25,470 nucleotides of DNA. It comes from a virus (taxonomy: Duplodnaviria; Caudoviricetes). Positions 1 to 7,926 of the stretch are shown piece after piece. The stretch covers positions 1 to 25,470 of IMG/VR virus record IMGVR_UViG_3300030372_004368; one strand, written 5' to 3'. Numbering within the stretch: position 1 is the stretch's first letter; each line of letters begins with the position of its first letter. The notes beneath the pieces are model-generated. The model worked only from the letters and a program-made list of their open reading frames with translations, did no database searches and was not told the DNA's origin. The translations under genes were made by a program, and so were the position numbers.

Positions 1-549
1 AAAGAAGGTTTAGACGCTGTTATTAATGCTGCGGGTGCAGAGTCTAAAGTCGGGAGGGCTTTAATGATAGCAAAGCAGGTACTAGCAGCAAAAGAGCTTA
101 TCATGAACGCAAAAAGTCAAATAGCAAAAGCAAATGACACGGTAGTTAAAGCAGGGCTAAATGCTGCTGAGGCTTCTACTGAAGTTGCAAAAGGAGGTGC
201 TAAGGCTGCTGCTGCTGCACCGCCTCCGCTAAACGTACCTTTTATACTTTCCTTTGCAGCTACTGCTGTAGGGATCGTAGCGGCAATGAAATCTGCTGTA
301 AAATCTGCAAAAACTGCTGCCTCTAAAGCGGGAGGCGGAGGGTCTTCTATAGGAGACATACAAGCTCCCAAGCCTTCTACTTCAGCAGCCCCAACTTTTA
401 ACGTAGTAGGAGCTTCAGGCACAAACCAACTCGCAGAAACCATTGCAGGAAAACAAAACAGTCCACTTAAGGCCTTTGTAGTTTCTAAGGAAGTAAGTAC
501 TGCTCAGGAAATGGATAGAAATATTGTTCAATCTGCCTCTATAGGCTAA
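1..549 (+). CDS. Tail tape measure protein, C-terminal part (5' truncated)
   Basis: Frame is open from base 1 to TAA at 547-549. Ala/Gly-rich helical sequence ending in 'PTFNVVGASGTNQLA...PLKAFVVSKEVSTAQEMDRNIV', which I recognise as a tape-measure C-terminus in Bacteroidota siphophages. Confidence 0.75.
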   Translation, partial: KEGLDAVINAAGAESKVGRALMIAKQVLAAKELIMNAKSQIAKANDTVVKAGLNAAEASTEVAKGGAKAAAAAPPPLNVPFILSFAATAVGIVAAMKSAVKSAKTAASKAGGGGSSIGDIQAPKPSTSAAPTFNVVGASGTNQLAETIAGKQNSPLKAFVVSKEVSTAQEMDRNIVQSASIG

Positions 550-559
550 ATAAAATCAA

Positions 560-1171
560 ATGAAAATTATAGAACTTGTACTAGACGAAGAGAATGATGA
601 CGCAGGGATAACTGCGATCTCCATTGTCGAAAATCCTGCTATAGAGGAAGACTTTATAGCATTAAAAAATCAAAAAAAGAAGATCACTTTTGCTTCTGTG
701 GATAAGGAGAAAAGATTAATTATGGGAGCGGCTCTAACTCCTAACAAACCTATTTACAGAAAAGCAGGAAAAGAAGAGTATTACATCTTTTTCTCAAAAG
801 ATACTGTAAGAAAAGCCTCCGAACTATTTTTCATAAAAGGAAACCAAAACAAAGCGACCCTAGAACACAATGAAATACTTGACGGACTAACCGTTGTTGA
901 GTCATGGATCGTTGAAGACTCCAAAAAGGACAAAACTGCTCTTTATAACATGGATCTCCCTGAGGGAACTTGGGTTGTTTCTATGAGAGTAGACTCAGAC
1001 GAGATTTGGAATGACTATGTCAAAGAAGGCAAAGTCAAAGGGTTCTCAGTAGAGGCATATTTTAGTGATAAAATGCAAAGACCTAAGGATAAAACCATAG
1101 AAGAGCAGGCCTCCGCTCAGGAATTATTAGACACAATAAAATCTATTTTATCTGAAGAGCATGAGGGATAG
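560..1171 (+). CDS. Prohead maturation serine protease (XkdF-like)
   Basis: Motifs 'AISIVENPAIE', 'TLEH', 'VVESWIV', 'GTW' and 'GKVKGFSVE'; lies upstream of scaffold and capsid genes. Confidence 0.8.
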   Translation: MKIIELVLDEENDDAGITAISIVENPAIEEDFIALKNQKKKITFASVDKEKRLIMGAALTPNKPIYRKAGKEEYYIFFSKDTVRKASELFFIKGNQNKATLEHNEILDGLTVVESWIVEDSKKDKTALYNMDLPEGTWVVSMRVDSDEIWNDYVKEGKVKGFSVEAYFSDKMQRPKDKTIEEQASAQELLDTIKSILSEEHEG

Positions 1172-1307
1172 TAAGGGTCGTATTATCATTCCTAGCCATG
1201 CCTCAAAAGAAGGTGGAAACAGGGGCTGTTTGTGTAAAGACAAGAACACTTACAGCTCAAAATGCTGTGATGGGTCTATGTGGGCTCAGGGAATAGGGAA
1301 TATTTAA
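1161..1307 (+). CDS. Small Cys-rich protein, 48 aa (not in ORF track)
   Basis: MRDSKGRIIIPSHASKEGGNRGCLCKDKNTYSSKCCDGSMWAQGIGNI*; overlaps the protease stop and fills the intergenic gap. Confidence 0.65.
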   Translation: MRDSKGRIIIPSHASKEGGNRGCLCKDKNTYSSKCCDGSMWAQGIGNI

Positions 1308-1336
1308 AAAATAAATGAGAAAAAAAGTATTTTCAG

Positions 1337-1352
1337 ACGTTTTATATATATA
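1337..1352 (+). promoter_or_regulatory. Candidate late-promoter motif ACGTTTTATATATATA, copy 1
   Basis: Identical 16-mer at 23434-23449; both copies are intergenic and just upstream of structural genes. Confidence 0.55.
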
Positions 1353-1375
1353 CAACAATCATTAAATAAACATTC

Positions 1376-1996
1376 ATGAACGCAGTCGAAGTTTTAAACA
1401 AAATCAAAGGCGTACTCGGGATAGAATTATCTGAAGAGAAAGCCGATGACGTTAAACTAACTCAAGAGAAGTTAGATAATGGAACTATAATTGAAGCTGA
1501 GGAATTCGCTGCGGATAAGGAAGTTTTCATTGTCAGCGAAGATAGTGAAGACAAAATCCCTCTTCCCGTAGGAGACTACACAATGGAGAGTGGACAAATC
1601 TTGTCCGTTAAAGAGGAGGGAATCATTGCTGAAATTAAAGACGCTGAAGAAAAAGAAGAGGAAAAAGAAGAAGAAGAAATCGAAGCGTCAGACGAAAAGG
1701 CAGAGCAAAAAGAAGAAGCTTTAGAAGAAGCTCCTGCTTATGCAACTGCTCAAGACTTGTCAGAGCTTAAGTCTCTTGTTGAAGAGATCAAAGCAATGGC
1801 AGAAAAAAATAGAGAAGAGTTAAGTGCTCAATCTAAAGAAGAGCTAAAAAAAGAAGAGCTTGCTGAAGTACCTGTGAATATTTCTCACAATCCTGAGGCA
1901 GACTCGAAAAAAGATCTTAGCTTCTTTAAGCCAAGAGGAGCTACGCAAACCACTTACGATAGGGTTTTAGCAAATATGGCAAAATTTAATAATTAA
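1376..1996 (+). CDS. Capsid scaffolding protein (putative)
   Basis: Very acidic, Glu-rich, coiled-coil-like; lies between protease and major capsid genes. Confidence 0.65.
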   Translation: MNAVEVLNKIKGVLGIELSEEKADDVKLTQEKLDNGTIIEAEEFAADKEVFIVSEDSEDKIPLPVGDYTMESGQILSVKEEGIIAEIKDAEEKEEEKEEEEIEASDEKAEQKEEALEEAPAYATAQDLSELKSLVEEIKAMAEKNREELSAQSKEELKKEELAEVPVNISHNPEADSKKDLSFFKPRGATQTTYDRVLANMAKFNN

Positions 1997-2029
1997 TAAT
2001 CAATATAATCTACTAAAAATCAATAAGTT

Positions 2030-2962
2030 ATGGCTACAACAACTAGTATAACAACAACTTATGCAGGTGAGTCGGCAGGAAAGTGGATCTCTGCTGCCCT
2101 CTTAAGTGGTTCAACTTTGGCTAATGATTTAATTACAATCATGCCAAATGTAAAACATAAAGCTGTGGTAAAATCTCTTAACACAGATGACATTGTCAAA
2201 GATGCTTCATGTGACTATACAGATACTTCTACAGTAACTATTGCTGAGAGAATAATTACTCCTGAGCAACAACAAGTGAATTTAACTCTTTGTAAAAAAG
2301 ACTTCCAATCCGATTGGGATGCAATTTCAATGGGCTATAGTTCTCATGATGTGATCCCCAAGTCGTTTGCAGATCATATGATCTCTTACGTTGCGGGTAA
2401 AGTTGCTCAACGAACTGAGAATTCTATTTGGGAAGGTGATACTTCTACAAGTGGACAGTTTGACGGATTCTCAAAAATTTTAAAAGCTGACTCAGGCGTT
2501 TCTGACATTTCAGCAACTGCTTCTACTTCTGCAAATGTAGTAACTGAGCTAGGCAAGGTCTTAGATGCAGTTCCTAGTGCAGTTTATGGACAGGAAGACT
2601 TAACAATCTACGCTTCTCCTAATATCATTAGAAGTTATGTAAGAGCTCTTGGAGGTTTTGCAGCTACAATCGGAGGAAACGGTGTAGACTCTAAAGGGAC
2701 TATGTGGTATGGTGGACAAGCATTAAGCTTTGACGGAGTAAGACTTGTACAAGCTAATGGACTTGCTAACAACACAGCAGTCGCTGCTCAAAAATCTAAC
2801 CTTTTCTTCGGTACTGGTCTTCTTTCAGATCAAAACGAAGTCAAAATTTTAGACATGGCAGACCTAGACGGATCTATGAACGTAAGAGTAGTGATGAGAT
2901 TTTCTGCGGGTGTTCAATTTGGCACAGCAGCAGACATCGTTTACTACGCAGAGGACGTATAG
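2030..2962 (+). CDS. Major capsid protein
   Basis: 310 aa, follows the scaffold; 'TTTYAGE.AGK.I.AALL', 'NLFFGTGL.SD.NEV' and 'DLDGS.NVRVVMRF' resemble capsids of Flavobacteria-type phages. Confidence 0.8.
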   Translation: MATTTSITTTYAGESAGKWISAALLSGSTLANDLITIMPNVKHKAVVKSLNTDDIVKDASCDYTDTSTVTIAERIITPEQQQVNLTLCKKDFQSDWDAISMGYSSHDVIPKSFADHMISYVAGKVAQRTENSIWEGDTSTSGQFDGFSKILKADSGVSDISATASTSANVVTELGKVLDAVPSAVYGQEDLTIYASPNIIRSYVRALGGFAATIGGNGVDSKGTMWYGGQALSFDGVRLVQANGLANNTAVAAQKSNLFFGTGLLSDQNEVKILDMADLDGSMNVRVVMRFSAGVQFGTAADIVYYAEDV

Positions 2963-3003
2963 AATAACTAACAATAATGTTTAACTTTTTAAATCGATAA
3001 ATT

Positions 3004-3570
3004 ATGGCATGTATACTTTCCAAAGGACGAGCAATTAATTGTAAGGACGTAGTCGGAGGGATAAAAACCATTTATTTTGTAGATTTTGGCGGGCTTGGCA
3101 CCTTAACTGAAGGTACTTCAGGAGATGAGGGTGTCTTGACTGACTGTAGCGGTACTTTTACCGCATACCAATATGACCTAAAAAGTAGTGCGAACACAAT
3201 GGAGACAGCCGTGAACTCTTCTAGAGATAACGGGACTAGTTTCTTCGGCACTACTTTATCGGTCAGCTTGCCTAAAATAACAAAAGAAGACAACGTACAA
3301 TTAAAACTGTTAAGCTATTCTAGACCTCATATAGTAGTAGAAGATAGAAACTCAAATTTCTTTCTTTTAGGTGCTGAAAACGGATGCGAACTGATTGGCG
3401 GTGGAATTTCAAGCGGGGGGAGTTTCGATAGTATGAGCGGATACTCTTTAGAATTCTTATCTGAAGAAGGTAAGCCTCCTCTTATGATGGAGTCTACGGC
3501 AACTAATGCCAATCCTTTTGCAGGATGTAGTTCAGCTACTCCAACAATTACGGTAGGAACTAACAGTTAA
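3004..3570 (+). CDS. Major tail (tube) protein (putative)
   Basis: 'MAC.L..GR...CKD.VGGIK.IYF' N-terminus and 'RPHIVVED.N.N.FL.G.ENG'; size and Ser/Thr/Gly content fit a tail tube protein. Confidence 0.65.
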   Translation: MACILSKGRAINCKDVVGGIKTIYFVDFGGLGTLTEGTSGDEGVLTDCSGTFTAYQYDLKSSANTMETAVNSSRDNGTSFFGTTLSVSLPKITKEDNVQLKLLSYSRPHIVVEDRNSNFFLLGAENGCELIGGGISSGGSFDSMSGYSLEFLSEEGKPPLMMESTATNANPFAGCSSATPTITVGTNS

Positions 3571-3578
3571 TAAACCTT

Positions 3579-3634
3579 TTTGTGTTTTGGTTCGGGAGTT
3601 TGTCTCTATGTAGGCAGCTCCCTCCAAACACAAA
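3579..3634 (+). terminator. Long imperfect hairpin after the capsid/tail-tube genes (terminator or processing site)
   Basis: TTTGTGTTTTGG..GGGAG.TTGTCT pairs with AGGCAG.CTCCC.CCAAACACAAA. Confidence 0.5.
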
Positions 3635-3648
3635 TAACACAAAAAAGA

Positions 3649-4017
3649 ATGTCGATAATCTTAGACAGATCCGAGAGCAGCCATACTTTAAATTTCATTC
3701 CAAAAGTATATGCACCCACGGGGGCAAATATTTTCAAAGTAGTGGTAAAAAATGAGTCACAAAATACTCAGGTCTATTCTCAGACTGTTTCTTCTTTTAC
3801 AGAGACTAAGTACTATTATCAATACACAGCCTCATTTGGCTTTGATTCAGCAAAAGATCAAAACTATACTATAGAGATCACAAACACAGCAACCTCTCAG
3901 GTACTGTATAGAGATAAGATATTTGCTACAGATCAGTCGGCAGCTACTTATAGCATAAACACGAACCAATACACTTATGAAACTTCAAACACAAACGACT
4001 ATCTCGTCTATGAATAA
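3649..4017 (+). CDS. Small beta-rich virion structural protein
   Basis: ATG 3649 preferred because the track start at 3580 lies inside the hairpin; sits in the structural operon and overlaps the portal start. Confidence 0.55.
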   Translation: MSIILDRSESSHTLNFIPKVYAPTGANIFKVVVKNESQNTQVYSQTVSSFTETKYYYQYTASFGFDSAKDQNYTIEITNTATSQVLYRDKIFATDQSAATYSINTNQYTYETSNTNDYLVYE

Positions 4018-5767
4018 TAATGACTTTCACATATTAGAGCTCTCAGCGTATCAAACTCCTGAAATCATAGAGGACTCTAGAAAGGATTTTGTTGCTTTTG
4101 GAGACGACAATTTATTTTACAAAGAGCTAATCGATAACTATTTAAACTCTCCTACCTCCTCCTCTATTATCAATGGAGTGGTCAATCAAATTTACGGGAA
4201 GGGATTTTCTGCTTTAGACTCAGCTAGAAAGCCTGATGAGTTTGCTAAATTCAAAGCTCTTTTTAAGCCCAAAGATTTGAAAAGGGTTTGCCTGGATTTA
4301 AAACTTTTAGGAGAGGCATCTTTTCAGGTAACTTACTCAAAAAAACAAGTGGCCTCTGTCACTCATTTTAACAGAGAAACCCTAAGAGCAGAGAAATGTG
4401 ATGACCAGGGTAAAATCAATGCTTACTACTACCACCCTAAATGGGAAAACTACAAGCCTTCAGATGAGCTGACTAGGATTCCTGTCTTTGGAAGCGGTGC
4501 TCCAAATGAAATATACATCATAAGAAGACATATTCCAGGGATGCACTACTACTCAATCCCTGACTATTGTGCTTCTTTAAATTATGCTCGCCTTGAGTCT
4601 CAAATTAGCCAGTATTTAATGAATGAAGTAAGCAACTCTTTTAGCGGGACTAAGCTAGTTTCTTTTACAAATGGAATACCTACCCAGGAGAAGCAAATGC
4701 AGATCAAAAGAGAGATTCAAAACAAGCTTACAGGGTCTAATGGAGAGAAGGTCATTGTATCTTTTTCAGACTCTGCTGAGAATAAAACAACGATTGAGGA
4801 CATTTCTGTCTCAGATGCAGCAGACGTTTACTCTTACATCTCAGAAGAGTGCTCTAGAAAGCTTCTTTTAGGCCATAGAATTACATCTCCTTTACTTATT
4901 GGAATAAGAGACACAGGAAACTCACTTGGCAATAACTCAGAAGAGATCCAAAACGCACACAATTTATTTGAAAATGTAGTAATAAAACCTTTTCAAAACG
5001 ACATAGTAGATGCTATACATGACATTTTAGCGGTTAATAATATCTCTTTAAATATTTATGTGCAAACACTAACTCCAATCGAGTTTACAGAGTCTAGTAT
5101 TGTCTCAGATGAGCAAAGAGAAGAGGAAACAGGTCAGAAGCTATCAAATGCTAAGACTTTTGTAGTAACTGAAAAGCCAAACCTTTCTGTAGAACACGAA
5201 AAAGTAGTCATAAGAAACCTTAAAAAATATGGGGAAGACATTAGTGACGAGTGGGAGCTAATAGAAGAAATGGAAGTGACCAACTCTAAAGAGGAGCAGA
5301 TGCTTAGTCAGATAAATCTTTTTGCAGATACGGCAGACGCAGATAAAAAAAGCAAAGAAGACAAAGGCTTATACAAACTCAGGTATGTTTATGCAGGTAA
5401 CCCCGACCCTCAAAGAAAATTTTGTCAGAAAATGATGGGCAGAAATAAAGGCACAAAATATGGCCTGCTTTACAGGTTTGAAGACATTAAAAAGCTCTCA
5501 GCTTTAGACCCAAACCCAGGACTAGGGAAAGGTGGAACTAACAACTATGATATTTTTAAGTATCTCGGAGGTAATAATTGCAGACACTTTTGGAAAAGAA
5601 TGATCTTTTTCAGAAAAAGAGAAAACGGAAAGTTTTTGCCAAAAAGCAAAACAGACGATCTAGAAAATGATAAGAGAGTAGCAAATGTCCCTGGATTAAA
5701 ACGCAAAGGAGTGGAGGGAAAAACTCCTGCTGAGAGGGGAATAGGAAACAAAAAATCTAACAAATAA
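4010..5767 (+). CDS. Portal protein with C-terminal extension (MuF/minor-head-like Cys/His motif)
   Basis: Likely start ATG 4010. Portal-like 'FGDDN.F...LID.Y..SPT', 'YYS.PDY' and 'GHRITSPLL.GI...G.LGNN..E'; C-terminal 'RKFC..M...GGNNCRHFW'. Confidence 0.75.
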   Translation: MNNNDFHILELSAYQTPEIIEDSRKDFVAFGDDNLFYKELIDNYLNSPTSSSIINGVVNQIYGKGFSALDSARKPDEFAKFKALFKPKDLKRVCLDLKLLGEASFQVTYSKKQVASVTHFNRETLRAEKCDDQGKINAYYYHPKWENYKPSDELTRIPVFGSGAPNEIYIIRRHIPGMHYYSIPDYCASLNYARLESQISQYLMNEVSNSFSGTKLVSFTNGIPTQEKQMQIKREIQNKLTGSNGEKVIVSFSDSAENKTTIEDISVSDAADVYSYISEECSRKLLLGHRITSPLLIGIRDTGNSLGNNSEEIQNAHNLFENVVIKPFQNDIVDAIHDILAVNNISLNIYVQTLTPIEFTESSIVSDEQREEETGQKLSNAKTFVVTEKPNLSVEHEKVVIRNLKKYGEDISDEWELIEEMEVTNSKEEQMLSQINLFADTADADKKSKEDKGLYKLRYVYAGNPDPQRKFCQKMMGRNKGTKYGLLYRFEDIKKLSALDPNPGLGKGGTNNYDIFKYLGGNNCRHFWKRMIFFRKRENGKFLPKSKTDDLENDKRVANVPGLKRKGVEGKTPAERGIGNKKSNK

Positions 5768-5771
5768 AAAT

Positions 5772-6275
5772 ATGGCGACAGTACTATTTTGCACAAAGGA
5801 TGACGTAGTGAGACAGAGCTCTATTTTAGATGGCAATATAGATGCGGATAAATTAATCCCTTCTCTATTCCATGCCCAAACACATTACTTAAAGCCTATC
5901 CTAGGCACGGATCTTTATGACAAATTCTCTTCAGAGATAACAGCAGGAACGCTAGCAGATCCTTACTTAGCTCTTTTGAAGACTTATGTCAAGCCTATTT
6001 TAATTCACGCATGTTTAGCTGAATTTTTAAAGTCATGTCTTTTCACAGTTTCTTCAAAAGGTGTCTTTAAACACACCTCAGAGAACGCAGAGACAGCTAC
6101 TACTGAAGAGGTAAAAGATCTAGTCCAGGTAGAGAGAGACAGAGCAGAAAGCTACACAGAGAGGTTTTTAGATTACATGCTTTATAACGGGTCTACTTTT
6201 AGCGAGTGGACAAGTAACACAGGAGCAGATCTAAAACCAAGTAAAGAATCGTTTAACATTGACTGGGTATTATAA
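5772..6275 (+). CDS. Head-tail connector/adaptor protein (putative)
   Basis: 167-aa helical protein after the portal; 'GNID.DKL.P....AQ...L..ILGTDLY' pattern. Confidence 0.55.
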   Translation: MATVLFCTKDDVVRQSSILDGNIDADKLIPSLFHAQTHYLKPILGTDLYDKFSSEITAGTLADPYLALLKTYVKPILIHACLAEFLKSCLFTVSSKGVFKHTSENAETATTEEVKDLVQVERDRAESYTERFLDYMLYNGSTFSEWTSNTGADLKPSKESFNIDWVL

Positions 6276-6364
6276 TGGCCTACGGGAAAATTTATTGCAG
6301 TACCCTTTGGGGAACTACTACCTCAGGATGGGGAAGTATTTATCCTGATATAAGCAGTTGTTAG
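6275..6364 (+). CDS. Micro-ORF A, 29 aa, Trp/Gly motif
   Basis: MAYGKIYCSTLWGTTTSGWGSIYPDISSC*; TAATG-coupled to the upstream gene; paralogous to the next ORF. Confidence 0.6.
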   Translation: MAYGKIYCSTLWGTTTSGWGSIYPDISSC

Positions 6365-6365
6365 T

Positions 6366-6521
6366 ATGGCCTGGGGAGATATTTATTGCGATTCTTTATG
6401 GGGAACTGAGATACAAGACGGATGGGGGGATGTATACCCTCTAGATAGCTGCTCAAACTACACAATGGACATGATCTCCTACCGTGTAGATAGCACATTA
6501 ATTAGTATAGATCAAACTTAA
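6366..6521 (+). CDS. Micro-ORF B, 51 aa, paralog of micro-ORF A
   Basis: MAWGDIYCDSLWGTEIQDGWGDVYPLDSCSNYTMDMISYRVDSTLISIDQT*; starts 1 nt after the stop of A. Confidence 0.65.
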   Translation: MAWGDIYCDSLWGTEIQDGWGDVYPLDSCSNYTMDMISYRVDSTLISIDQT

Positions 6522-6550
6522 AAAATAAAATAAAATAAAACTTAAAACTT

Positions 6551-7405
6551 ATGGCTTCTATAGACGTAAACATTGGATCTTCCGCAAATGACGGGACGGG
6601 AGATTCGCTTAGAACATTTGCCACAAACGTAGCTGCAATGTTTGCAGAGGTCTACGGTTTGGGGACTAGCGAAAGTGATCTCGCTACTGGCACAGACTTT
6701 AAAATAAAAGCATCACAATTAAAATCACTATCTCCAGTCTCAGGAGACGACACAAAAGTAGTTGCTTATGACCACTCTTCAGGTGGTTTTTCATTAGAAA
6801 CTGTAGCAACTGGAGATATTACCTCCATAATTGCGGGGACAGGTATGACAGGATCTTCTCTAGGGTCAGGGGATGCTACTATAAACGTAATTGGAGGAGA
6901 CGGAATTACAGCAAATGCAGATGAGGTAGAGGTAACTGTAGACGGTTCTACAATAGAGCTAAATAATACAGACGGATCAGGTGCTGTTAGAATAAAAGAC
7001 CTAGGAGTTGCTACTGGCAAGCTTGCAAATGACGCAGTCACTCATGATAAAATAGAGGGGAGATATACAGCCACTTTAGATAGTGCCTCCACAGGAAACC
7101 AAAATTTAGATGCTTCTAGCTATTCAGCATTTAACCTTACAGGGAATGTTGCTTCAGCTACTCTTACAATTCAAAATATGAAAAAAGGGCAGGTAATAGA
7201 TATTATTCTCTCAGGAAGTGATTTGTCAAGTGCGGTAATCACTTTGGCAGACGATTTTACCACTTCAGATATTTCAAGAGTGGGAAGCAGCGAGCTAGAT
7301 ACTAGCAAAAAAAACATCATACAGGTGCTATGCGTAGATGACGATGACTCTGACGCTATTTTAATGTATGCAATTTCAACTTATCAAACAGCCACAACTC
7401 CTTAA
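6551..7405 (+). CDS. Tail/neck fibre-like structural protein
   Basis: N-terminal 'NIGSSANDGTGDSLR' resembles the T4 gp9/gp10-type attachment motif; Gly/Ser/Thr/Asp-rich body with fibre-like 'GVATGKLANDAVTHDKI'. Confidence 0.6.
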   Translation: MASIDVNIGSSANDGTGDSLRTFATNVAAMFAEVYGLGTSESDLATGTDFKIKASQLKSLSPVSGDDTKVVAYDHSSGGFSLETVATGDITSIIAGTGMTGSSLGSGDATINVIGGDGITANADEVEVTVDGSTIELNNTDGSGAVRIKDLGVATGKLANDAVTHDKIEGRYTATLDSASTGNQNLDASSYSAFNLTGNVASATLTIQNMKKGQVIDIILSGSDLSSAVITLADDFTTSDISRVGSSELDTSKKNIIQVLCVDDDDSDAILMYAISTYQTATTP

Positions 7406-7415
7406 TTATAAAATC

Positions 7416-7910
7416 ATGAAAAAAGCAATAGAAATAAATGGACAAATAGAGATCTTTCAATCCGTCCCTAAATCTTGGGGAAGAGTTATTGGTGGATTTA
7501 ATAATTTATCGAGCACCGCTCTTCAGGAGTATGGTTTTTATGATGTAAAAAACGCTGACGGATTCGATCCCTCCATACATAATAGAGGAGAGCTTAAATT
7601 TAATAAGAGCAAAAAAGCTTTTATATACTCTAAAATCAATAAGACTTGGAGTGAGAGTTTAGCAGATTTAAAAACTATTAAAAAAGCTAAAATCAAAGAG
7701 CTCGCTAATATAGCTTTACAGCCTACTGACTGGTATGTTATAAGAAAAGCTGAGGGAGGAAAAGATATTCCTAGCGATATTACAACTAAAAGAGAAGAAA
7801 TCAAATCTAAGGCAGATGAGAGAGAAGCAGAAATTGATGCACTCACTAAAAAAAGTGATGTTATAAACTACAATGCAAGACTTTTTGACCATGTAAGACC
7901 TGGCGAATAA
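7416..7910 (+). CDS. Tail fibre assembly chaperone-like protein
   Basis: Likely start ATG 7416; C-terminal 'LQPTDWYVIRKAE...IPSDITTKREEI' is typical of fibre chaperones; lies between fibre genes. Confidence 0.6.
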   Translation: MKKAIEINGQIEIFQSVPKSWGRVIGGFNNLSSTALQEYGFYDVKNADGFDPSIHNRGELKFNKSKKAFIYSKINKTWSESLADLKTIKKAKIKELANIALQPTDWYVIRKAEGGKDIPSDITTKREEIKSKADEREAEIDALTKKSDVINYNARLFDHVRPGE

Positions 7911-7926
7911 TAATAAAACTTAAAAA

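Noticed and set aside
3580-3648. Longest-ORF starts in the track (3580, 3977, 7368, 13288, 19365)
   Set aside because: They run through hairpins, att repeats or upstream genes; downstream ATGs at 3649, 4010, 7416, 13336 and 19401 have better context.
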